Assembly: GCA_016926475.1 (NCBI GenBank)
Contig: JAFGON010000040.1
Location: forward strand, 10,849 to 74,848
Length of the DNA stretch: 64,000 bases
Reading direction: 5' to 3'
Origin: a candidate division WOR-3 bacterium
GTDB lineage: Bacteria > SDB-A
In this document: one piece after another, positions 47,330 to 56,751 of the stretch
How the letters are laid out: each line of letters begins with the position of its first letter
Position numbering within the stretch: the stretch's first letter is position 1
Made by a program: the position numbers and the translations under genes
The notes under the pieces: model-generated
What the model saw: the letters and a program-made list of their open reading frames with translations, nothing else
Told to the model about the DNA's origin: nothing
Database searches by the model: none

Positions 47330-48418
47330 TCACCTCATTAAAATGATTTTTTGTGTTTTTGAAAAATCTTCTGTTCTCAAGCTTGTAAAAAGAACCCCTT
47401 TTGGCAGGTCTCTGACGTCGAGAGAAACTGAATGCGTGCCTTCTGAAAATCGGCCTTCTTCGACAGTTCTGACAAGCCTGCCTGTTACGTTGTATATGTC
47501 GATTGAGACTGTGCGGGATACCGGTAAAGTGAATTGAAATTCAAGGTTTGAGCCCCTTTTTTTTACATCAAATGTGTAATTCCCTGAATTAACCGCAATT
47601 TCTTCCTGGACGGAGTTAGGCGCAAGTTCGTATATGTAAATGGTGTCGTTTGTCCAGCATGAAACCCATAGCCAGTCTATTGTGGAGTCGTACGTCATCC
47701 CTGCAGGATAGGAAGCGGGATTTGCCTGCCACTGGTTTATCCAGGTGGATGATGAAAAATCCCATTGGTTGATGTAGTTTGAAGCGCCGCCGCTACTGCC
47801 GTCGCAAGCCCAAATTTGACCGGTATTCACGGGAACGTAGCAAAGACCCATGGGCCTGACTTCAGGGGTGTAGTAGTTGGCAAAAATTGTATCAACTTGG
47901 CTTCCCGTGGTGACGTCGTACGCTACTATTATGTCGCTGTTTCCGAAAGTCCCCCAGAGGTAAGTGCCGTCCCAAGCTAAATCGAACAGGAAACCCGAAC
48001 CGTATGAAAATGAAGAAATAACTCCCATTGTCGATGTGTCGATTTTATAAATCATGCCGCTTGAAAAATCGGAATGCCAGAGATAAGAACCGTCGAAAGC
48101 CAAACCGTAGGGGCTTGCTCCTGGAGTTGTATAAGTCCCAAGGATTGCTCCTGTGGTGGGGTTGAGCTTGTAGATTTTTGCACCGTTTGTACTGTTGCCG
48201 TCGCCGCTGTTAGCGCACCAGAGGTTAGTTCCGTCAAAGGCGAGACCTCTCGGTGCTCCGTCAGGTGCGGGGATTGAATTTATTAGCACCGAATCTGGAA
48301 AGGTCGGTGTTGTGTTGCTGACATCGACGAATGAGCCTGTCGTCGCGTCGAATTGAAGTGAGAAGAGGTTGAGGGACATAAACAACATCAGTAAAACAAC
48401 CAAATACCATCTTGTCAT
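47330..48418 (-). CDS. Secreted beta-propeller-like protein with T9SS C-terminal sorting domain
   Basis: Start MTRWYLVVLLMLFM preceded by aaaggagga. Repeated ...DG.YLW... blades. The C-terminus (VSIDIYNVTGRLVRTVEEGRFSEGTHSVSLDVRDLPKGVLFTSLRTEDFSKTQKIILMR) is a T9SS CTD. The track start is further upstream. Confidence 0.65.
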   Translation of the reverse strand: MTRWYLVVLLMLFMSLNLFSLQFDATTGSFVDVSNTTPTFPDSVLINSIPAPDGAPRGLAFDGTNLWCANSGDGNSTNGAKIYKLNPTTGAILGTYTTPGASPYGLAFDGSYLWHSDFSSGMIYKIDTSTMGVISSFSYGSGFLFDLAWDGTYLWGTFGNSDIIVAYDVTTGSQVDTIFANYYTPEVRPMGLCYVPVNTGQIWACDGSSGGASNYINQWDFSSSTWINQWQANPASYPAGMTYDSTIDWLWVSCWTNDTIYIYELAPNSVQEEIAVNSGNYTFDVKKRGSNLEFQFTLPVSRTVSIDIYNVTGRLVRTVEEGRFSEGTHSVSLDVRDLPKGVLFTSLRTEDFSKTQKIILMR

Positions 48419-49187
48419 GTTTCCTCCTTTTTTTGCAATTTTCAACAATTGAACAACTGCTTTAAAGATTATAGAACAATAACCTGAATTTTGCATATTT
48501 TTTATGCAGAAAAAATTTCGACAACTCAAAAGAATTGTTGTACCGTTTTCTGTTACCGAAATTTGTTTTTCGATTGTCTGTCAAAAATACATGGAAAGGA
48601 TCAGCAATGAGAAAAAAAAGCCAATACCGCAAGCTTCCTGTTGATCTATCTGTCAGGAATATTGTTATCAGCCCAAGCCCTGGCTTTTGTAACGTCAGCA
48701 TTTTCGGATACGTTTTCATGGCTCTTGAATTTATTGGATTTGTTCTCGGTGCCGGTATGCCGATCAATTACCTGAGGTCGAAAAATTATTGCTCCGAGTG
48801 CGGATATTTTTAATTAAAAAACACGTTCTAAGTGTTTTTTGCATTGGAAGGGGATGTACTTTTGCAGGGCAGTAAATAAGAAAAGTTTAAAATGATAGGG
48901 CACAAAGAGAAAGTTCTCAGAAATGAATTTGCACGAAAAATAAACATGCTTGTAGATAAATCTCTTGAGGAGAACGTAAAAACACTCAAGGCAATTTCCG
49001 GTCAGGGTAAACCAAGGTCGTTTTTCTATCTTGCTTTTTCGTTTATTGCGTGCCCGAAATGCGCTAAACACTCCATTTATACAACCCTTTACTCAATGGG
49101 TGCTGAACAGTGCACAATGACGACACAGGCAATGGAGCACGTTGCATTGATAGCAAAAAAATTGTTTGGTTGAAATTCTTCTCCGGT

Positions 49188-50255
49188 TTAACTGTCGTAG
49201 GCGATAATACCGCCTCCTATCACGGTGTCGTCATCGTAAATTACCGCGGACTGCCCTTCAGCGATACCTGGTTCAGGGCAGTCAAGTATTATTTTAACCA
49301 GGTCGTCTTCCTCAGCGTAAAAATAACACGATGAACCCCTGTGGGCAGCCCTCAATTTTACCTGAGCTTTTTGCTCGCTTTTGTCTGGATTAGCTGACAG
49401 CCAGTTGAACTCTTTGGCGTAGAAAATTCTTTTCAAAGATTCGTTTCTCGTTCCGACCACAATTGAGTTATTTTTGGGATCAATGGAGACTACGTAAAGA
49501 GGCTCGGAATGGGCAATCTTCAAACCGTGGCGCTGTCCCACAGTAAAATTCCACGTGCCCCAGTGGTATCCGAGAAGCGTTTTGTCTGTGTCAAAAATCC
49601 CCCCTTTTTTTGGGGGTGTGTTTAACAAATCCGAATACTTTCCTGAATAAAAATCCTGGCTTTCCGGTTCGGACCAGGAAGAGAAGCCGTTATTTCTGGC
49701 TATCTCGACCGTCTCCTCCTTCAGAAGTCCGCCAAGAGGGAAAAGAGTTCTTGAGAGCTGGTTCTGATTAAGGCTGTAGAGAAAATACGATTGATCTTTT
49801 GAAAGATCCCTGGCTTTTAGCAATTTATAATTGCGGCCGTTTTCATCGAATTCAATCTTTGCGTAATGGCCTGTGGCAAAACAATCGGCTCCAAGTTCAG
49901 CCCTGGCTTTTTCTGCTAGAAACCCGAACTTGATTTTACTGTTGCATAGAACGCAGGGATTGGGCGTTCTGCCAGAAAGATATTCGGACCTGAAATTCGA
50001 AAGAACGACATCGGAAAATTCTCGGGACAGGTCGAAAGTTACGCTCTCAATACCTATAATTTTGCAGGCTTCGTGAATTTTCACTGCCCTTATATCTTTA
50101 TTCTGTCCAAAGCATGTGTTTTTACTTGAATCAGCTTTCCCCGAAACGCCCCATACGTTCATGGTGACGCCGACGACTTCGTGGCCACCCCTGCTGAGGA
50201 GAAACGCCGCCACGGAAGAATCTACACCTCCGCTCATTCCCACTGCTATTTTCAT
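49188..50255 (-). CDS. mnmA: tRNA-specific 2-thiouridylase MnmA
   Basis: MKIAVGMSGGVDSSVAAFLL is the PP-loop SGGxDS. Also Cys102-type CNSKIKF and a C-terminal beta-barrel. Confidence 0.9.
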   Translation of the reverse strand: MKIAVGMSGGVDSSVAAFLLSRGGHEVVGVTMNVWGVSGKADSSKNTCFGQNKDIRAVKIHEACKIIGIESVTFDLSREFSDVVLSNFRSEYLSGRTPNPCVLCNSKIKFGFLAEKARAELGADCFATGHYAKIEFDENGRNYKLLKARDLSKDQSYFLYSLNQNQLSRTLFPLGGLLKEETVEIARNNGFSSWSEPESQDFYSGKYSDLLNTPPKKGGIFDTDKTLLGYHWGTWNFTVGQRHGLKIAHSEPLYVVSIDPKNNSIVVGTRNESLKRIFYAKEFNWLSANPDKSEQKAQVKLRAAHRGSSCYFYAEEDDLVKIILDCPEPGIAEGQSAVIYDDDTVIGGGIIAYDS

Positions 50256-50466
50256 GGGTTCCTTTCTATCTTTGTTTATATATCACAATGATAAATGTTC
50301 AAATACTTTCAAAACAACCCTATAATTTTCGAAGGCTTGTTTTTATGAAAAAGGGTTTGTATCAACCCCTGTAACGCCCTTTTTTATAGGGTGGCATTCT
50401 ACGAATTGTTTTGCAATCATTATGTCAGATTGTAAAATAAATGGGGAAAGGGAAAAATAAAATTAT

Positions 50467-51147
50467 ATGAGCTGGTCTGTAAGAAAAAAACACATTACTG
50501 ATTATAATAACGATAGCGTGGTGTCTTTTGTGACGTGTCCCTGGTGCGGCACAATAGAGACTGAAACAAGGACAAACTGTAAAAATTGCGGCGGACCTCT
50601 TCCTGTATTGAGGACTGTTTTTATTGATGAAGACGAGGAATTCCTGTTTGATCCCCCGCCACTTCCACCAAGACAAATATCCGACAGCTACGTGAAAAAA
50701 ATCGCTGCTTCGAATGCTTTGTTCATCATGAGTTTTGTGTTCAGTATTGTCGGTGGTTGTTTTGGTTTGGTAGGTTTTATTTTGACGATACTGCTGATCA
50801 CCGCTGTAATCGGGATTCCATTTTTGATCTTGGGAACAGTTATTTTGGTGTTCGGGATTTTTACGCTTAAGAATCAATACGAACTGGCAAAAGAAAAGGT
50901 GAATGTTTTGAGAATAGGCGAAGCTACTGAAGGAAAAATAGCAAGTTATGAAGAAAACAAAAATATCACGGTCAACAAAAAACACCCCAAAATTATCAAG
51001 TATGAATTTTTTCTAAATTACATCAAATACACCGGTGAAATTACCACATACAAAGATTTGTCGCATTTATACTATGAAGGAAAAAAAGTATGGATTCTTT
51101 ACATGCCGGAAAATCCAGAAAAAAACACTTTGTACCCTCACCCCTGA
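50467..51147 (+). CDS. Zinc-ribbon / 2-TM / DUF3592-like protein
   Basis: CPWCG...CKNCG zinc ribbon, two TM helices, and a C-terminal DUF3592-like beta domain. Confidence 0.45.
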   Translation: MSWSVRKKHITDYNNDSVVSFVTCPWCGTIETETRTNCKNCGGPLPVLRTVFIDEDEEFLFDPPPLPPRQISDSYVKKIAASNALFIMSFVFSIVGGCFGLVGFILTILLITAVIGIPFLILGTVILVFGIFTLKNQYELAKEKVNVLRIGEATEGKIASYEENKNITVNKKHPKIIKYEFFLNYIKYTGEITTYKDLSHLYYEGKKVWILYMPENPEKNTLYPHP

Positions 51148-51261
51148 AAAAAGTGGTATAAATGAAACCTCTTCTCAAAACGAAAATATCTGAGTTTAAT
51201 AGACGGTAACCCTCAATAATTTGATGTTGAAATGCCTAATTAAATATGAGAACTTATATCA

Positions 51262-51792
51262 GTGAATAAAGATTTCGTTTGGTATGCCGCCTATGGATCA
51301 AACCTGTGTTTCCAGAGGTTTATTTGTTATATCAAAGGAGGCAGGCCTTTTTTCGGTGAATCGGAAAACACCGGATGCGCTGACAGAGAAATTCCAAATG
51401 AAAACAGACAAATTGAAATTCCTTTTTCGATGTATTTTGCTTCCAAGAATGATGGTTTAAAAAGCATAATGTGGGGAAGAGGAGGGGTAGCTTTTCTCGA
51501 CAAGAAAAACAGGGGTTTGACCTACGGCAGAATGTGGAAAATTAAACAAAATCAATACGAAGAAATCAGAAAACAGGAAAGTCTTTCTTTATACGACGAA
51601 GAAATCATCCTGGGGTATGATCTAAACCGTTTACCGATCAAGACAATAACCTCGTCATCAAAAATCGAATTTACCCTAAAGCCTTCTTCAGGCTATTTGA
51701 TGACAATGACAAGAGGTCTTTGCCAGACCTATGGATGGTCGGGTCAAATTTTACGCCGGTATTTTGAAAATATTGAAGGTTATAAAAATTAA
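51262..51792 (+). CDS. Gamma-glutamyl cyclotransferase-like (AIG2/GGCT family) protein
   Basis: VWYAAYGSNL is the GGCT YGSN signature. GTG start. Confidence 0.5.
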   Translation: MNKDFVWYAAYGSNLCFQRFICYIKGGRPFFGESENTGCADREIPNENRQIEIPFSMYFASKNDGLKSIMWGRGGVAFLDKKNRGLTYGRMWKIKQNQYEEIRKQESLSLYDEEIILGYDLNRLPIKTITSSSKIEFTLKPSSGYLMTMTRGLCQTYGWSGQILRRYFENIEGYKN

Positions 51793-51806
51793 AAATCGGA
51801 GGTCTT

Positions 51807-52175
51807 ATGGCCAATATGTTTGATGCCGACAAAGACGGCTTTGACGCTTTTTACTCATTGAAAATATTTTTGGGCGTCTGTCTCGTCGCGGGTGCCGTAT
51901 TGGCGTATTCATGGGTTTTCGTGAGCGTGTACAAGATATTTTCCAATCCTCAGAATATTGCTCCCTTCAAGCAGATATTTCCGGCTACAGAGGAAGGGGT
52001 CAGGATTGAAATTGAAAACAATGACTTAGTTTTGCCCGAAAGCGTGGTTAATTTTATGGCTTATCTGGTGGCGATTTTCTTGCTTCTAATAGCAGTGAAA
52101 ATCGGCGGTGAAATGCTGTCAAAAGGGTTTTATTTATTGATACCGCCGAAAAAACCTCAGTCAAAACAAAATTAG
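51807..52175 (+). CDS. Hypothetical small membrane protein
   Basis: Two predicted TM helices. Confidence 0.35.
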   Translation: MANMFDADKDGFDAFYSLKIFLGVCLVAGAVLAYSWVFVSVYKIFSNPQNIAPFKQIFPATEEGVRIEIENNDLVLPESVVNFMAYLVAIFLLLIAVKIGGEMLSKGFYLLIPPKKPQSKQN

Positions 52176-52190
52176 CCCAAAGGTGGAAGC

Positions 52191-52535
52191 ATGAAAAAAA
52201 TGATCGGATGTTGCGGATTGGTATGCTCTGAATGCCCCGCTTATATTGCCACCATTGAAGACGACGGCGATAAAAGAGAAGAGACGTCGAAATTGTGGTC
52301 GAAAATTTACAATTCAGAGATTAAACCCGAAGACATCAATTGCCTCGGATGTCAGCAGAAAAACGGAGTATTATTCAGCTACTGCAGTATTTGCAAGATA
52401 AGAAGCTGTTGTTTCGACAAAAAAATAGAAAACTGCGCTCATTGCTCTTTGTTTTCTTGCGAAAAGACAGAAGAGTTTTTCTCTTACGCTCCTGAAGCCA
52501 AAAAGAACCTCGATGAAATAAAGCGAAAATTATAA
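52191..52535 (+). CDS. DUF3795 cysteine-rich protein
   Basis: GCCGLVCSECPAY...CLGCQ...CSICKIRSCC...CAHCSLFSC. Confidence 0.5.
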   Translation: MKKMIGCCGLVCSECPAYIATIEDDGDKREETSKLWSKIYNSEIKPEDINCLGCQQKNGVLFSYCSICKIRSCCFDKKIENCAHCSLFSCEKTEEFFSYAPEAKKNLDEIKRKL

Positions 52536-53129
52536 AAACATCACCAAGGGAATAGTCACGTAGACAAAAGTACTGTATTGAGGTGACAAAAAAGACAGTA
52601 TTATCGCCAAAGAAGATAAAGCAGACAAAATGAGAACTCTTCTTTTGGTCTTGTTGAAGTTGAAATTTTCATACTCCGGCTTCAAAAGAACTCTATTTTT
52701 GTGGACTATATAAAGTTGTATGAAAACAAGAATATTCAGCGTCAGTATATGTATGTTGAAGAAAAAAGCGGAAATGAAATATGAGCCGTGATCATCAATC
52801 AGTTCGGTTGAAAAAGGTACGAGAGCGGAAAATAGAAGAAAAATGATCACGGTGAGCATCATAGAGGGTTTAACTTTCTGCAGTTTTTCGAAAATGGAGT
52901 GGTTTAAAAGCCAGAATAATCCAAGTATGGCAAAGCTTATTATGTAGTTGATCAACTGAGGATAAACATAAAGAATGAATTTGTGAGTGACTTCGTCGGT
53001 CTCAAAAGATTTTAAATCAGGAATTTCAATGCTCAACATCAGAAACGTCATCGCTATGGCGTAGATTCCGTCTATCAAGGTTTCTATTCTGCCGGTATTG
53101 TATAAGACTGTTTCATGATTTTTCGGCAA
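52530..53129 (-). CDS. DUF1211 / TMEM175-like membrane protein (putative K+ channel family)
   Basis: RIETLIDGIYAIAMTFLMLSIEIP is the DUF1211 RxxxFSDGxxAIAxTLL signature. Four or more TM helices. Confidence 0.5.
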   Translation of the reverse strand: MPKNHETVLYNTGRIETLIDGIYAIAMTFLMLSIEIPDLKSFETDEVTHKFILYVYPQLINYIISFAILGLFWLLNHSIFEKLQKVKPSMMLTVIIFLLFSALVPFSTELIDDHGSYFISAFFFNIHILTLNILVFIQLYIVHKNRVLLKPEYENFNFNKTKRRVLILSALSSLAIILSFLSPQYSTFVYVTIPLVMFL

Positions 53130-53285
53130 TTTATACCTCCCTCAAACGCTTAAATTCGATTATAGTTTTTCAAGTTCGACAAATCAAGACTCACTGTTTT
53201 CTAATTTGTTTGACAAAAAAAAACATTGCATATAACCTTAATTTGCTTTTTTAAAACCGTAATTCTCACATAACAAGAGGTAAAA

Positions 53286-55763
53286 ATGCACACAAGAAAA
53301 AACTACGACCCCTTCGAGACAGAAAAAAAATGGAGTGAAATATGGAAAAAGGAAAAAACTCATGAATTTGATTTTTCTTCTTCCAAACCTATATATTCTG
53401 TAGATACTCCTCCTCCTACAGTATCCGGAAGCCTGCACATGGGGCACATATTCAGTTACACTCACACCGATTTCCAAGTCCGGTTTTTTAGGATGAACGG
53501 ATTCAATGTATATTACCCAATGGGTTTTGATGACAACGGGCTTCCTTCAGAAATATTGACTGAAAAGAGTTTGAATATTAAAGCCGAAGATCTCCCAAGA
53601 GACGAATTCGTCAAAAAATGCCATAGGACATGCTCCGAATTTGAAGTTTTGTACGAAAATCTTTGGAAAAAAATGGCACTCAGTGTCGATTGGAATGAAA
53701 CTTACACGACAATCGACGATAAGACGAGGAGAATATCTCAAAGATCTTTTTTGGAACTGCTCAAATCCGGTAGGATTTATTACGGTGAAGAACCGGTGAT
53801 GTGGTGCAGAAAATGCGGTACGGCAATCTCTCAGGCGGAAATTGAAGAAAAGAATTTCCAGAGTAAATTCAACGATATAGCCTTTAAGGTTGAAGGCATG
53901 AATGACCTTGAGATTTCTACGACAAGACCCGAACTTCTTCCCTCCTGCGTCGCAGTATTCGTCCACCCCCAAGACGTTAGATACAAAGGATATGTCGGTA
54001 AAAGGGGTGTTGTGCCTGTTTTTGGGCAAAAAATCGAAATTATGTCCGATGCCGCCGTCGACATGGAAAAGGGTACAGGAGCCGTGATGTGCTGCACTTT
54101 TGGAGACAGACAGGATATTGAATGGTGGAAAAACAAGGGTCTGGAGCTCCGCATTTCTATCGATGAAAAGGGGCGCATGAACAATTTAGCGGGAAAATTC
54201 AAGGGAATGGAGATAGACCAAGCCAGGGAGAGTATTTTGGAAGAAGTCCAGAAAAATGGCTGTCTCCTCTCGCGAAGAGATGTAGTTCATCTGGTCAACA
54301 CCCACGAAAGATGTTCGACTCCAATTGAGTTTCTGTCCAAGAAACAGTGGTTTTTGAGAGTAATGGACATAAAAGAAGAACTCATCAGAAGAGCAGATGA
54401 GATAAATTGGTACCCGAAATTCATGAAGAATAGATACGTGGATTGGGTACAAAATTTAGCGTGGGACTGGTGCCTTTCTCGCCAAAGATTTTTCGGAGTG
54501 CCTATTCCCATTTGGCGCTGTTCTGAATGCGGAGAGGTAATACTGCCAGATTATTCGGATCTTCCCGTCGATCCCATTGTCACAAATCCGCCGGTTGAAA
54601 AATGCCCTAGATGCTCATCTTCAGAGATAATACCTGAAACTGACGTCATGGACACCTGGGCTACATCGAGCTTGACTCCACAAATAAACGCGAAATGGAG
54701 GGAAGAAGACGAGAGAAAAGGTTTTCTTCCCATGGACTTGAGACCTCAGGCTCACGATATAATAAGAACTTGGACTTTTTACACGATAGTCAAAAGTCAT
54801 CTGCACAACAACTCAATTCCCTGGAAAAATATTGTGATTTCCGGTTTTGTGACCATCCCTTCACAGGATTCTCTAAATGTCAATGTGAAGGGAGGCAAAA
54901 AGACTTTTAAGTCCGAGAAGCTTTCAAAATCCAAACACGGAGACATAGCTTCTCCTGAGAAACTTCTTGAGAAATACGGCGCTGATGTCATCAGATTCTG
55001 GGCGGCTGGAGCTTCTCCGGGGATGGACTTTCAGCTGAAAAATATGGAAGAAATAGACTATGGTAAAAAAGTTGCCACTAAAATATGGAATGCTTTTAAA
55101 TTCATGTCGCTGCACTTAAAAGGCTACAAACCGGGTTTTCCAGAAAACCTTGAAGTCATGGACGAGTTTATTCTTATGAAGCTCTCTGAAGCCATAGAAA
55201 AGTCGACCGAATTTTTCAATTCATACGATTTCAGAATGGCTCGAAATACAGTGTTGGATTTTTTCTGGAGGGATTTCTGCGATTATTATTTGGAAATAGT
55301 AAAGGACAGGCTTTACAACCCTCAGACGAGAGGTGAAAACGCCACGAATTCAGCTAAGTGGACTGTTTACAATGTCGGGAAAAATGTTTTGCTGCTTTTC
55401 GCGCCTTTTATGCCGTACCTTACCGAAGAAATCAGCAGTTTACTTTTCTGTCCCGAAAATGATTGGAAAAGCATACATCTGGCTTCATGGCCCGTTGGGA
55501 TTCTTTTAAAAGACAACGAAAAGGTTTTGGAGACAGGTCAAATGTTTTTTGAACTCTTGGGTCAGGTTAGAGAGTACAGAGGCGCCAAAGGGATGTCTCA
55601 AAAAGAGGATATTGAAAAAGCGTCGATAGTATCAAACCAAAAAAATATTGAAAATTTTAAAAGAGTTCAAGACGACTTTTCAGCCGTGAGCAGAATAAAA
55701 AATATCGAATTGAAAGCCGAAGAAAGCGTGCAAGGGGCAAAAATGATGAACGTTATTCTTTAA
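53286..55763 (+). CDS. valS: Valine--tRNA ligase (short, archaeal-type without C-terminal coiled coil)
   Basis: PPPTVSGSLHMGH is the HIGH motif. KLSKSKHGD is KMSKS. TTRPELLPSCVAVFVHPQD and WRDFCDYYLEIVKDR are ValRS-type editing and anticodon-domain motifs. IleRS or LeuRS are not fully excluded. Confidence 0.7.
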   Translation: MHTRKNYDPFETEKKWSEIWKKEKTHEFDFSSSKPIYSVDTPPPTVSGSLHMGHIFSYTHTDFQVRFFRMNGFNVYYPMGFDDNGLPSEILTEKSLNIKAEDLPRDEFVKKCHRTCSEFEVLYENLWKKMALSVDWNETYTTIDDKTRRISQRSFLELLKSGRIYYGEEPVMWCRKCGTAISQAEIEEKNFQSKFNDIAFKVEGMNDLEISTTRPELLPSCVAVFVHPQDVRYKGYVGKRGVVPVFGQKIEIMSDAAVDMEKGTGAVMCCTFGDRQDIEWWKNKGLELRISIDEKGRMNNLAGKFKGMEIDQARESILEEVQKNGCLLSRRDVVHLVNTHERCSTPIEFLSKKQWFLRVMDIKEELIRRADEINWYPKFMKNRYVDWVQNLAWDWCLSRQRFFGVPIPIWRCSECGEVILPDYSDLPVDPIVTNPPVEKCPRCSSSEIIPETDVMDTWATSSLTPQINAKWREEDERKGFLPMDLRPQAHDIIRTWTFYTIVKSHLHNNSIPWKNIVISGFVTIPSQDSLNVNVKGGKKTFKSEKLSKSKHGDIASPEKLLEKYGADVIRFWAAGASPGMDFQLKNMEEIDYGKKVATKIWNAFKFMSLHLKGYKPGFPENLEVMDEFILMKLSEAIEKSTEFFNSYDFRMARNTVLDFFWRDFCDYYLEIVKDRLYNPQTRGENATNSAKWTVYNVGKNVLLLFAPFMPYLTEEISSLLFCPENDWKSIHLASWPVGILLKDNEKVLETGQMFFELLGQVREYRGAKGMSQKEDIEKASIVSNQKNIENFKRVQDDFSAVSRIKNIELKAEESVQGAKMMNVIL

Positions 55764-56751
55764 AGGCTTTGGCTATTACGATGAAATGAGCTTCACACCT
55801 TAAAAATGCCTCTACTACCATAGGGTCGAAATGTTTTCCTTTGTTCTGTAAAATAATTGTTTTGGCTGTTTCGTGGCTGTATGGTTCCTTGTAAATCCTC
55901 CTTGAGACCAAGGCGTCGTAAAAATCGGCAAGAGCCACTATTCTTGCAGACAGGGGAATACCCTCACCCGACAAACCTTCCGGATAGCCTGTCCCGTCGT
56001 ATTTTTCATGATGGTATTTGGCTATTTCAGCGCTCATTTTCAAATATTTTGCTCTTGGTGATTTGTTGTATGCTTCGATTAGAGTATTGAAACCTATCAA
56101 AGTGTGGTTTTTCATTTTTTCATATTCGGTATCGTCTAATTTTCCGGCTTTTAAAAGAATTTTGTCGGGTATTCCTACTTTGCCAATATCGTGAAGAGGG
56201 CTTGTCAGGTATATTTCTTCGATAAAATTTCTGTCAATTTCCTGAGGAGGATTGGGTCCCTTGGCAAGAGATTCAGCGAGAGCTTTGGAGTAATGCCTCA
56301 TCCTTTCAAGGTGGTTGCCTGTGTCTGTGTCACGGGATTCGGCGAGTTTCGCGAGCGAGAATATTACGATATCTTTGGTTTGAAGATGGAGAACCCTCTC
56401 GGCTGACTTGAGTCTGACTAATATTTCATCTTTGTTGAAAGGTTTTATAATGTAATCATCAGCTCCCGAATCCAGCCCTTTGACAATGTCCTGTTTTTCT
56501 CCTCTTCCCGTGACGATGATAATGTAAGTGTATTCATCTCCTTCGCTTTCTCTTATTTTAGAGCAAAGTTCCAGGCCGTCCATCAGGGGCATGTTCCAGT
56601 CCGTGATCACGATGTTTGGTCTTTCCCTCCGCCAATTCTCCCATGCGGAAATACCGTCTGAAGCGACAATTACCTCGTAACCGAAACTTTTGATGAAAAA
56701 TTCGAGAGTCATTCGACCTGTGAATTCGTCGTCCGCTATCAGTACTTTCAT
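55753..56751 (-). CDS. Response regulator with HD-GYP phosphodiesterase output domain
   Basis: REC domain (LIADDE...DWNMPLMDG). HD-GYP motifs ([17 protein letters not shown]). It overlaps the upstream histidine kinase gene by 4 nt and the valS 3' end by 11 nt (convergent). Confidence 0.8.
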   Translation of the reverse strand: MKVLIADDEFTGRMTLEFFIKSFGYEVIVASDGISAWENWRRERPNIVITDWNMPLMDGLELCSKIRESEGDEYTYIIIVTGRGEKQDIVKGLDSGADDYIIKPFNKDEILVRLKSAERVLHLQTKDIVIFSLAKLAESRDTDTGNHLERMRHYSKALAESLAKGPNPPQEIDRNFIEEIYLTSPLHDIGKVGIPDKILLKAGKLDDTEYEKMKNHTLIGFNTLIEAYNKSPRAKYLKMSAEIAKYHHEKYDGTGYPEGLSGEGIPLSARIVALADFYDALVSRRIYKEPYSHETAKTIILQNKGKHFDPMVVEAFLRCEAHFIVIAKAFKE

